Source: an uncultured Actinomycetes bacterium (lineage in GTDB: Bacteria > Actinomycetota > Thermoleophilia > UBA2241). Taken from it: a stretch of DNA of 64,000 nt. Positions 10,024 through 18,751 of this stretch are shown piece after piece. The stretch spans positions 352,001 to 416,000 of the forward strand of contig CAVPVX010000001.1 of NCBI GenBank assembly GCA_963709345.1. Direction: 5' to 3'. How positions within the stretch are numbered: position 1 is the stretch's first letter; every line of letters starts with the position of its first letter. Under the pieces are notes generated by a model that ran no database searches, was not told where the DNA came from, and worked only from the letters and a program-made list of their open reading frames with translations. Position numbers and translations under genes: made by a program.

Positions 10024-11676
10024 TCACGGCAGCGTCGAGGAACCCGGCGATGCGGTCGCCCCAGGCGAAGGCGACGACAGCGTCGCGCCGGGCGCGGTCT
10101 GGCTCCCCTCATCCGCGCCCGCCCGCTTGAAGACGAAGACCCCGTCCTTCGCGTAGACCGACTGGAAGCGGCCGTCGAGCACGAGCCGCCCGAGCGCCTG
10201 CGCATGGAGGCTCGCGTCTTCCTTGTCGTAGAAGAACGGCCGCTTCTGGTCGACGATCACCCAGTCCGCGTCGTCGAAGTAGGGAAAGACGTAGGCGACG
10301 CGACGCGCTGCGAGTTGCGCCCCGGCGTTGTTGTTGGCGGAGACACTCACGCCGTCCGGTATGAGCGCTACCGCCTCGTCAAGCGCGACCGCGTGCGCGC
10401 TCTTCGCGTAGTCCCGACCGTCGTAGGCGGCCCCCGGCAGCGAGAACGGAAGTGGCCCGAGGATGTAGTTGCCGGCGAGGGCGGCGAGAAGCACGGCCAG
10501 CGCCAGCGTGCCACGTCGCACCCGCTCTCTGCTCATCACGTTCTCGGCCCGGCCGAACCCGCCCCCAAGCCAGCGCCACAGACGCATCACTCCGAGGACG
10601 GCCGCGGCGTAGAGGTAGGGGATTTCGAGCGCCGTGTAGTGGAACTCGATGCGACGCTGGAACGTCGTCGCCGACAGCGCGTTCAGCGCGTACTCCGGCA
10701 ACGCGACGAGCACGGTGAGCGGGCTCAAGAGCGAAGCGAACGCGAACGGCCAGAGCAGCTTGAACCAGTAGCTCAGGTTGTCGACGGCGGTGAAGTCGGC
10801 GAACGTCTGCGCGGGATTCGCGAGCACGTTCTTCACGACCTCGGCGGCGCCGTCGCCATAGTCGCCGTAGCGAGCGACGAACGCGCTCTGGTCGCCGTTG
10901 TAGTGCGGGATCACCATCCAGACGGCCAGAACGAACCACGCCACCCCGACGATGCTCACCAGGAGTGGTTTCCACGACCGCTTGCGGATCGCGAAGTAGC
11001 CTCCCATGAAAGCGACTACGAGAGGCACGGTCTCCTTGCACGATGCGGCGAGGATGAGGAAGATGGCCGCCCGCACCCACCGGCTCTCCTCCATGTACAG
11101 GAAGGCCCACAGTAGAAGCGGCGTGGCGAGCGCGACGGGGTGGAACTCGTTGAGGACGAGGAAGCCGAGTGCGGGATAGAGGAGATACGCGCCGGCCAGA
11201 AGGGCGCCGGCGCTCGGGTCACGCGTGATGCGCGTGCCCAGCCGATACGCCGGCCAGGCTCCGGTCGCCACGATCGCAGCCTGGGCGACCAGCAGCATGA
11301 CCGGACTCGGCCACACCAGCCACGGAAGCGCGAACAGCGCCAGTATGGGGTCGACGTGCGAGCCGAGCCGCGACATCTGCCGCGGCACCGTTTCTCCCGT
11401 TGTGATCTCCAGGAAGCGGCCGTTCGCGGTGTTGTACACGGCCTGCACCATGTTGCCGAGATCAAAGCGGGCGTCCATGTACGCGCGGTACTTGAGCCAC
11501 GAGAGAAGGGCGTAGATCGCGGCGAAGAGCACGGCGCCCCCGATGACGTACAGGGCGCGGCGCCGGAAGAGCACCGCCATCTCGTCGGGAGCGAGCTCGC
11601 CGATGGCGCTCCGCGCCGCCCGCCGGTCTGAGCCCGCGGCGGCGGGCGGCGTGCGTGTGTCACGGCGACGACTCAT
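10024..11676 (-). CDS. DUF2079-family GT-C-like membrane protein
   Basis: FDLGNMVQAV, LGSHVDPIL, EFHPVALA, CKE, FHY; ATG start overlaps the upstream stop. Confidence 0.82.
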   Translation of the reverse strand: MSRRRDTRTPPAAAGSDRRAARSAIGELAPDEMAVLFRRRALYVIGGAVLFAAIYALLSWLKYRAYMDARFDLGNMVQAVYNTANGRFLEITTGETVPRQMSRLGSHVDPILALFALPWLVWPSPVMLLVAQAAIVATGAWPAYRLGTRITRDPSAGALLAGAYLLYPALGFLVLNEFHPVALATPLLLWAFLYMEESRWVRAAIFLILAASCKETVPLVVAFMGGYFAIRKRSWKPLLVSIVGVAWFVLAVWMVIPHYNGDQSAFVARYGDYGDGAAEVVKNVLANPAQTFADFTAVDNLSYWFKLLWPFAFASLLSPLTVLVALPEYALNALSATTFQRRIEFHYTALEIPYLYAAAVLGVMRLWRWLGGGFGRAENVMSRERVRRGTLALAVLLAALAGNYILGPLPFSLPGAAYDGRDYAKSAHAVALDEAVALIPDGVSVSANNNAGAQLAARRVAYVFPYFDDADWVIVDQKRPFFYDKEDASLHAQALGRLVLDGRFQSVYAKDGVFVFKRAGADEGSQTAPGATLSSPSPGATASPGSSTLP

Positions 11677-12653
11677 CCCATGACTCTCCGGCGCGTGACG
11701 AGCTCGATCGCGACCACGATGCCCACGAACGCGAGTTCTACCACGGTCACCAGCACGCGCAACAGCAGTGCCCAGGCGAGCGCCACCCCGCCGGGCAGCC
11801 ACGCCGCGAGCGACGCCGTGAGGATCGCCTCGCGTACGCCGATACCACTGGGGAAGAAGAACGCCGCCATGCCCGCCACGTACGCGAACGCGTAGGCCAC
11901 GATCACCAGCGGCAGGGCCTCGATGCCGAGCCCGGTGGTCGCGTGCGCCAGGAGCCACGCGCCCGCGCCCGCGATCAGCCACCCAAGAGTGAAGTAGCAG
12001 AGAAGCGCCAGCACGGGGCCGAAGCCGAGGGTGATGTCAAGTGGTGGGCGTTTGAGCAGGCGCAGAGCCCTGCCGGCCAGCGGACCGAACAGCCGCGGGT
12101 GCATCAGGGCGATCAGGACAGGGATCGCGATGAGGCTCAAGGCGGTGAGCCCGGGGCGGTACTCCCAGAAGGGGAAGAGCAGGGCGACGGCGAGCAGCGC
12201 GGAGCAGACGCCGAGTGCCTGCTCGTAGACCATGGCTGCGCTCACCCTGTCGACGGGCAGGCCCTGCGCATGGCTCATCCAGGCACGCCCGACGAACATG
12301 AACACGGTGCCGGGGACGTAGCGCGCGAGGACCGACTTGCCCCAGACGGAGGTCGTCGGCCAGAAGCGTCCCCCCACCCCGCATCCGCGCAACACGAGCC
12401 ACCAGGCGACGGCCTGCGCAAGGTAGAAGAGCAGGAAGGCGACGACGGAGAGCGCGAGCCAGCCCAGGTGGAGCGACCACTCGTACTCGCTGATGCTGTG
12501 CCACGAGCGCACGAGATACGTGGCGAGAAAGTACAGCGTGGCCGCGATGAGCGCGATCTGTGCGAGGCGCAGAAGCAGGCGCCGCCGGGGCGAAGAGCGT
12601 CGCGGTGAGGCGGCCCCCAGGCCAGACTGTCCCTGCGGCTGCTCCAGCCCCAT
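11673..12653 (-). CDS. Lysylphosphatidylglycerol-synthase-TM / flippase-like membrane protein
   Basis: ARYVPG, PSGIGVREA, ALLLR; about 8 TM helices; coupled to the GT4 gene. Confidence 0.82.
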   Translation of the reverse strand: MGLEQPQGQSGLGAASPRRSSPRRRLLLRLAQIALIAATLYFLATYLVRSWHSISEYEWSLHLGWLALSVVAFLLFYLAQAVAWWLVLRGCGVGGRFWPTTSVWGKSVLARYVPGTVFMFVGRAWMSHAQGLPVDRVSAAMVYEQALGVCSALLAVALLFPFWEYRPGLTALSLIAIPVLIALMHPRLFGPLAGRALRLLKRPPLDITLGFGPVLALLCYFTLGWLIAGAGAWLLAHATTGLGIEALPLVIVAYAFAYVAGMAAFFFPSGIGVREAILTASLAAWLPGGVALAWALLLRVLVTVVELAFVGIVVAIELVTRRRVMG

Positions 12654-13771
12654 CACCGGCCCTCCAGCGCCGCGAGCAGGCCGGCCGCGACCACGGCGGG
12701 CGTGAACGCCCGCCGGTAGAGTGCGAGCCCGGCCTCCCCAAGGCGGGTCCGCTCGGCATCGTCGAGCAGCTTCCGCAGCGCCCCGGCCAACGCGGCGCCG
12801 TCGCCGGCCGGAGTCAGCAGCGCCGTCTCGCCGTCGTGGAGCCACTCGCGGGCGCCGGCAGTATCGGCGGTGACGACCGGCCGGCCGCAGGCAAGGCCGT
12901 CGTAGACCTTGTTCGGGACCACGCGGCCGGCTTTGTCGGAGCGGCCGAAGACGCCCATGGTGACGTCCGCATTCAGCGTCCTCTCCCGCAACTCGCGCGG
13001 CGGCAGAGCGCCGACCCACTCGATGTTCGTGAGCCCCCGGGCGGCGATCTGCCGGCGCAGATCCGCCGAAAGCTGCCCCTCGCCGACGAGCACGAAGCGG
13101 AAGGGTTCCGCGCGCAGAAGCTCCGCGGCGGCCACGACCGTCTCCGCGCCGTGAAGCGGGCTCCACTTGCCGTACTGGAGCACGACGAGCGGCTCACCAG
13201 GGGGGAGCCGGCGCGCAACGCCGTCGGCGAGGGGCTCCGGCAGAGCGCCGACCGGGGTGACCGCGACGCGCCGGCGCGGCAGCTTGAAGACATCCTGGAA
13301 GTAGGCGGCGTGCGCCCACGTGTCGGCGAGCACCAGATCGGGTGTCTTGAAGGCGACGGTGTCGGCGGCACGGACGACCCGGGCCTTCGCTCCACCGTCG
13401 GGGACAAGCCCGCGGTCGCCGGCAAACGTGTCCCACAGCGAGACGAGAGGGTCGAACACCAGGCAGGACCGACACATCGTCGCCAGCAGCCGACCGAAGG
13501 GAACCAGGAAGTGGCCCGGATAGCCGACGACGACGGCGTCGACGTCCAGGCGCCGGCGATGCTGGAGGACCAGGCGCAGGTGCGCCGCCGCGATCCCGGA
13601 CGCGAGGTGCGCGGCGCCGCGAACGCCGGCCATCTCGGCGGCCGTCAGCGACGGGAGCGGCGACTGGAACTCCTCGACCCGGATCCCGTGCTCGCGGAGC
13701 CCCTGGATGAGCACGGCGTTGCGCGGGTACGCCGGGTCGTACGTGCCGACGTAGGCGACAGCCCGGGTCAC
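12653..13771 (-). CDS. Glycosyltransferase family 4 (GT-B)
   Basis: YPRNAVL, YGKWSPLHG, VPNKVYDGLACGRPVVT; GTGA overlap with the GT2 gene. Confidence 0.88.
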   Translation of the reverse strand: MTRAVAYVGTYDPAYPRNAVLIQGLREHGIRVEEFQSPLPSLTAAEMAGVRGAAHLASGIAAAHLRLVLQHRRRLDVDAVVVGYPGHFLVPFGRLLATMCRSCLVFDPLVSLWDTFAGDRGLVPDGGAKARVVRAADTVAFKTPDLVLADTWAHAAYFQDVFKLPRRRVAVTPVGALPEPLADGVARRLPPGEPLVVLQYGKWSPLHGAETVVAAAELLRAEPFRFVLVGEGQLSADLRRQIAARGLTNIEWVGALPPRELRERTLNADVTMGVFGRSDKAGRVVPNKVYDGLACGRPVVTADTAGAREWLHDGETALLTPAGDGAALAGALRKLLDDAERTRLGEAGLALYRRAFTPAVVAAGLLAALEGR

Positions 13772-14736
13772 GTCTGCGGGTTGCCGACGGAGGCGTCCCG
13801 CTCGAGCACCACGACGACCTGCGCGGCGTCCGGCCCTCTCCGCGCCCGCGAGTTGGCGATCAGCTCGCCGATCAGCCCCAGACTCAGCAGTTGCACGCCG
13901 ACGATGATGGACAGCGCCCCGAGCAACAACAGCGGCCGCTGCCCGATCGGGTTGCCGAAGACCAGCTTGTCCACGGTCAGGTATGCCTCGACGGCCAGGC
14001 CGATGAGGATGAGAAGCGTGCCCAGCCCTCCGAAGAGGTGCTGCGGACGATGCTGATAGCGCCCGAGAAAGAGGACGGTGAGGAGGTCGAGATAGCCGCG
14101 CAGATACCGTTGCCAACCGTACTTCGAGCGGCCCGCTGTGCGCCGCCGATGGCTGACCTTCACCTCGGTGACCTCAAAGCCGGCCTGCGCGGCGACCACA
14201 GGGATGTAGCGGTGCAGCTCGCCGTACACCGAGATCGTGTCGACGACGTCGCGACGATACGCCTTGAGGCCGCAGTTGAAGTCGTGCAGCGGGATGCCGG
14301 TGGCACGCCGCACCGTCCAGTTGAAGAAGCGTGACGGCACCGTCTTGTTGATGGGGTCCTGCCGCCGCTGCTTCCACCCCGAGACGAGGTCGAAGCCTTC
14401 GGAGAGTGGAGCCACGAGGCGCGGGATCTCGCCGGGGTCGTCCTGGCGGTCGCCATCCATGGTGACGATGACGTCTCCGCGGGCGGCGGCGAACCCGTGG
14501 GCGAGAGCGGCGGCCTTGCCGAAGTTCCGGCGCAGCTTGACGACCCTCACGTCGTCGCGCGACCCGGCCAGTTGCTCCATGGTCGCGAACGAACCGTCCC
14601 GCGAACCGTCGTCGACAAAGACGATCTCATAGGGCGCCGCGTACGCGGCCAGAGCCTCGTCGATCTCGGCGACGAGAGGCACGAGGCTGTCCGCCTCGTT
14701 GTAGACCGGAATGACCAGTGAAAGGAGTGAGCACAT
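13768..14736 (-). CDS. Glycosyltransferase family 2, polyprenyl-phosphate glycosyltransferase (ArnC/GtrB/DPM-like)
   Basis: SLVIPVYNE, FVDDGSRDGS, RNFGKAAAL, MDGDRQDDP, two C-terminal TM helices. Confidence 0.92.
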   Translation of the reverse strand: MCSLLSLVIPVYNEADSLVPLVAEIDEALAAYAAPYEIVFVDDGSRDGSFATMEQLAGSRDDVRVVKLRRNFGKAAALAHGFAAARGDVIVTMDGDRQDDPGEIPRLVAPLSEGFDLVSGWKQRRQDPINKTVPSRFFNWTVRRATGIPLHDFNCGLKAYRRDVVDTISVYGELHRYIPVVAAQAGFEVTEVKVSHRRRTAGRSKYGWQRYLRGYLDLLTVLFLGRYQHRPQHLFGGLGTLLILIGLAVEAYLTVDKLVFGNPIGQRPLLLLGALSIIVGVQLLSLGLIGELIANSRARRGPDAAQVVVVLERDASVGNPQT

Positions 14737-14797
14737 TTCGGCTCACTAGGATACATCCTTGCGGCAACCCGCGAGCATGAAGCCGCCATGCCTGCGC

Positions 14798-15076
14798 CTA
14801 GGCTTCGACGTCTTCGCCCGCTCCGCACGGCTCTTCGGTGTCGCGGCCGCACCCCGGGCGACCGGAGCCGCCGCATCCATCGTCCGTCCCTTCACGTCCG
14901 TCGTCCGCTTGCCCGAAGGCATCGAGAGCTCGGCGCCCGATCACCTGGACGTCGTCGTGCACGCTGCTGTTCAGAAGCGCCGCCAGCTGCGCGCTCCTGA
15001 CCTTGAGCTTGACACCGAAGAACTCGACCTCGCTGCTCTCGGGTGTGCCGTCGTCGGACGCCTGCATCGATACCAT
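14798..15076 (-). CDS. Small hypothetical protein
   Basis: 92-aa ORF with a protein-like core (EVEFFGVKLKVRSAQLAALLNSSV). Confidence 0.5.
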   Translation of the reverse strand: MVSMQASDDGTPESSEVEFFGVKLKVRSAQLAALLNSSVHDDVQVIGRRALDAFGQADDGREGTDDGCGGSGRPGCGRDTEEPCGAGEDVEA

Positions 15077-15285
15077 ACGAGCAGCATCGGCGAGACGGCC
15101 GGCAATGCACAGGGCGCCCTAGACACATGTACCTGGGCGCTGCGGGTCGAACCCGCCCGGCGCGGCTCCCGTCTCCTACCACGCGGAGACAGGCCCAGCA
15201 GCGTGCGGCGTTCCGCTGGCGGGCGCGATGGACGCTTGGTAGCATGGGGGGATTCCCCGTCGGCCGGGGTCTGGGGAGGATGCGG

Positions 15286-17115
15286 ATGAGCAGGAGAACT
15301 TGGCTCGCGCTGGCGATCGCCGCTCTGGTGGCGGCGTCGTTCTCCGCGAGCGTGGTCGCGGCGAAACGCGCCACTGAGGACCGCCCTCGATACGTCACTC
15401 GTGGCCTCGACTACCTCCACTCCCGCCAGGCCGACAACGGCGGGTTCGTCACGCCCTCGAACACGGCCTGGGGCATCCTTGGCGCCGTCGCCAGCGGCGA
15501 GCGGATGGGCTCAAGCGCCTGGAAGGTCGGCGGCAAGAACCCCTTCGACTACCTCGAGAGCATCAACCATGAAGCCGCTGCATCCGGCGCCGGAGTCGAC
15601 AACGCTCCGGTCTACTACGCGCGAGCCGTCATGGCGTACGTCGCGGTCGACCGCCGTGATCGCGTGTTCATCGCCGGCACCCCTCGTGTCGACCTCCTCG
15701 CGAAGCTCTACTCCTACCAGAACTGGTCGGAGACCAAGCCGGATCCTCTTCCCTCCATCTGGGGCAGCTTCTCGCCGTCGACCTCGATGCGTCAGTCGAA
15801 CGCCGTGCACACCACGAGTTGGGCCGTGCTCGCCATGCACGCGTTCGGCCTCGACGACGAGCCTCGTTACGCCGCAGCCACGCAGTGGCTGGCCGGGCAG
15901 CAGAAGGCGAGCGGGGGATTCCCCAGCGAGGCCGACAAGAACGCCGATCTCCTGAACACGGCCCTCGCGATCCAGGCGCTGGTCGCCGCGCCCGACGGGA
16001 CGGTGCCGGCGACGGCACTCGAGGCGGCGCGCCTGTATCTCAAGGACAACCAGAACGACAACGGCGGGTTCCCCGTCGATCCGGGCGAACGCACCGATGC
16101 GGAAGCCACGGCCGCGGGGATCCAAGCGATCCTCGCACTCGGCGAGAGCCCGGAGGACGACTACTGGAAGAAGGGCGTCAACACGCCCGTCTCCGCGCTC
16201 GGCGTGCTCCAGCGCACCAACGGTTCGTACAAGCTGACGAGCGTTTCGAGCGTGCGTCCGCTGGAGGTGACCGGCTGGTCGCTCGTCGCCATGAGCCGCA
16301 GGAGCTTCACTGCTTTCCCGAAGACGCTCGGCCAAGCCGAGACGGCCTTCAGGTTCCGTCCCCGGTTCCGCACCATCTCCCCGAAGAACGGCGCCAAGTT
16401 CAAGACCACGCGCATCGTGCTCATCCGGGCCACGTACACCGACTTCTATCCCAAGGGGACCGGCATCAACACCTCCGCCAGCCGCGTGTACGTCGACAAC
16501 GTGAACCTGAGCCGGGCGGCGAACATCGGCAAGTACGGGCTGCGGTTGCAGCTCAAGGACGTCTCGAACGGCACGCACACGTACAAGATCGAACTCGTGG
16601 ACAACGCCGGCAACCGCAAGGCGCTGCAGCGCAAGTTCACCGTCAACGTCCGCACACCCGCGCCACAGCCCACGAGCACCTATCAGCCGGCGCCCGCGCC
16701 GGTCTACCCGCCCGTGTACCCGACACCGACGCGCACCACCTATCCCGAGCCGGCCGACACCGGCGTGCCCGAGCCCTACGAGACGGTGACTCCGTATCCG
16801 TACGAGAGCCCCAGTCCCTACCCCTCGGGCAGCGGCCAGCCCGTCGTCGGTTCGCCGCTGCCTTCCCCCAGCGCGTCCGCTGGAGTCGGAGCGTCCAGCG
16901 GGGGCGGTAGTGCCGGCGGGTTCGTGGGTGGTACCCTGCTCGCCATGCTGCCCATCGGCGCCGCCGCGTCCTACCTCGTGCTTCGCCGCCGCGAGGACGT
17001 TCTCGGCGAGGCCAGCCAGGGTGCCGTATTCGGCGGCGGCGGCAGCGCTTGGGAGCGCATGAACGCCACCCTCGCCAAGTCCAAGGACCTGACCAAGCCG
17101 ACGTCACGGAAGTGA
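15286..17115 (+). CDS. Surface-anchored prenyltransferase/squalene-oxidase-repeat (alpha/alpha barrel) protein with an Ig-like domain
   Basis: RBS GGGGAGG; signal peptide; repeats YLHSRQADNGGF, WLAGQQKASGGF, YLKDNQNDNGGF, LQRTNGSY; beta-rich domain; Pro/Thr/Tyr linker; C-terminal TM followed by RRR. Confidence 0.8.
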   Translation: MSRRTWLALAIAALVAASFSASVVAAKRATEDRPRYVTRGLDYLHSRQADNGGFVTPSNTAWGILGAVASGERMGSSAWKVGGKNPFDYLESINHEAAASGAGVDNAPVYYARAVMAYVAVDRRDRVFIAGTPRVDLLAKLYSYQNWSETKPDPLPSIWGSFSPSTSMRQSNAVHTTSWAVLAMHAFGLDDEPRYAAATQWLAGQQKASGGFPSEADKNADLLNTALAIQALVAAPDGTVPATALEAARLYLKDNQNDNGGFPVDPGERTDAEATAAGIQAILALGESPEDDYWKKGVNTPVSALGVLQRTNGSYKLTSVSSVRPLEVTGWSLVAMSRRSFTAFPKTLGQAETAFRFRPRFRTISPKNGAKFKTTRIVLIRATYTDFYPKGTGINTSASRVYVDNVNLSRAANIGKYGLRLQLKDVSNGTHTYKIELVDNAGNRKALQRKFTVNVRTPAPQPTSTYQPAPAPVYPPVYPTPTRTTYPEPADTGVPEPYETVTPYPYESPSPYPSGSGQPVVGSPLPSPSASAGVGASSGGGSAGGFVGGTLLAMLPIGAAASYLVLRRREDVLGEASQGAVFGGGGSAWERMNATLAKSKDLTKPTSRK

Positions 17116-17122
17116 GTCCCCG

Positions 17123-18094
17123 TTGAACGACATCCAGCAGCTGATCTACGACATCTCCCGGATCCTGCTGTGGCCCGTACTCGTCGCCGCCGTCATCTGC
17201 CTGGTGTGGGTGCTCATCGAGTTCGGCGTGATCCTGTACGAGATCTGGCTCCGGTTCCGCTACCGCGACCTCGACGCTCTCGAGGTCAGGGCGCTGCGGG
17301 CGCGCAAAGCCTTTCGTGACGGCAAACCTCGCACCGCGTACCGCTATCTGCAAGAGAATGTGTACTCGCTGGTCGTCGTTCGCTTCCTCTACGATCTGAT
17401 CCGCAACTATCAGACGGAGCGCCTGGCAGCCAAGCCGCTCAAGCTCCTGCAGGAGTACGAGTTCTTCACGATCAAGCGGCTCGAGCGTACGCGCATCCTC
17501 GTGCGCGTCGGCCCGATGCTCGGCCTCATGGGCACGCTGATCCCGCTGTCGCCCGCGCTGGTTGGCTTGGCCACGGGCGACACCCAGGCGCTGGCGGACA
17601 ACCTCGTCACCGCATTCTCGGTCACCGTCATCGGCCTGCTCATCGGCGGTCTCGCCTTCGTGATCAGCATCATCCGTGACCGCATGTACTCTCAGGACAT
17701 CTCCGACATGGAGTACCTGCTTGAGCTGATCGAAGGCTCTGACGTACGCCTGCGGTCGGGACGCCGGCTCTCCAAGACAGGGGTCTGGGACGCGGATGCC
17801 GAGATCGCCTACGAGGTGAGTGAAGAGGATGCCGAGAAGACCGCGGTCGCCGTCTTGCCGGAGACGCCGGAGGAGCCGCTCCTGCCCGTCGCCGCGCCGC
17901 CCGCCGCGCTTCGTCCACAGCCCGCGGGCGCGCCGGGAGCGGGCGAGGAGCCGGGGGCGGGTCTCGCCTTCGACGACCCGCGCATGGACTGGACGCGGTA
18001 CGACGACCCCTTCGCGGACCTCGGGCCCGTAGATCCCGAAGGCACCGATGATCCCACGCCGCGCGGCAAGAGCGGCCCCGTCCGGCATCGCTGA
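17123..18094 (+). CDS. MotA/TolQ/ExbB proton channel family protein
   Basis: VGPMLGLMGTLIPL and LVTAFSVTVIGL motifs; 3 TM helices; acidic, probably disordered tail. Confidence 0.9.
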   Translation: MNDIQQLIYDISRILLWPVLVAAVICLVWVLIEFGVILYEIWLRFRYRDLDALEVRALRARKAFRDGKPRTAYRYLQENVYSLVVVRFLYDLIRNYQTERLAAKPLKLLQEYEFFTIKRLERTRILVRVGPMLGLMGTLIPLSPALVGLATGDTQALADNLVTAFSVTVIGLLIGGLAFVISIIRDRMYSQDISDMEYLLELIEGSDVRLRSGRRLSKTGVWDADAEIAYEVSEEDAEKTAVAVLPETPEEPLLPVAAPPAALRPQPAGAPGAGEEPGAGLAFDDPRMDWTRYDDPFADLGPVDPEGTDDPTPRGKSGPVRHR

Positions 18095-18100
18095 GCAGCC

Positions 18101-18688
18101 GTGTCCGCCGCAGACGATCGCCCCATTCTACGTAACCGCGGGACCGTCATGGGCGCTCCCGACGGCGGCCTGCGCTACATGCGCCGGCGGCGCGTCGGCA
18201 CCACCGACCGCAGCGGCGATCCGCTCGACGGTGTCGTCAATCTCTTCACTCTGGCCGTCGTGCTCGCCGTCGGCTTCCTTGTCGCGGTGCTGACGGCGGC
18301 AGGCCTGAGCGGGCTCCTCACCAGCGAGAACATGACGATCGTCACCAACCCGGGCACTCCCGAGATGCAGGTGATCGTCAAGGAGGGCGACACGATCTCC
18401 AAGCTCGATATGGAGCCTGGTGGTGAGGTCGAGGGTATGGGCACGCTGCTTGGGTCGTTCTACGAGCTCTCCGACGGCACGGTCGTCTACGTACCGGCGG
18501 GCGACGCGGCGCCGCCGGACGCGACGCCGTTCCAGGATGCCACGCCCGCGCCGGAAGCGACCGGCTACCCGACGCCGGAGCCCTACCCGACGACGACGGA
18601 CCTGCCTACGGCGTACCCGTCGGTGACGCCGACCCCGGGCGTCACGCTCACGCCGGACACGGGCGGCGAGCCGCGCGGCACGCTCTGA
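18101..18688 (+). CDS. DUF2149-family protein (ExbD/MotB-like partner)
   Basis: DPLDGVVNLF + TM, TIVTNPGTPEMQVIVKEG, G.GTLLGSFYELSDGTVVYVP; Pro/Thr/Tyr tail; start may be 18149. Confidence 0.85.
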   Translation: MSAADDRPILRNRGTVMGAPDGGLRYMRRRRVGTTDRSGDPLDGVVNLFTLAVVLAVGFLVAVLTAAGLSGLLTSENMTIVTNPGTPEMQVIVKEGDTISKLDMEPGGEVEGMGTLLGSFYELSDGTVVYVPAGDAAPPDATPFQDATPAPEATGYPTPEPYPTTTDLPTAYPSVTPTPGVTLTPDTGGEPRGTL

Positions 18689-18751
18689 CGGCAGGCGCGC
18701 CGAGACCGACGGTCCCTCAGGGCGACATGGCGCTGAGGCTCCAGAGCGCGG

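Noticed and set aside
15077-15285. Cobalamin riboswitch upstream of the barrel/ExbB/DUF2149 unit
   Set aside because: No B12-box or conserved core was recognisable, so the B12 link remains only an inference
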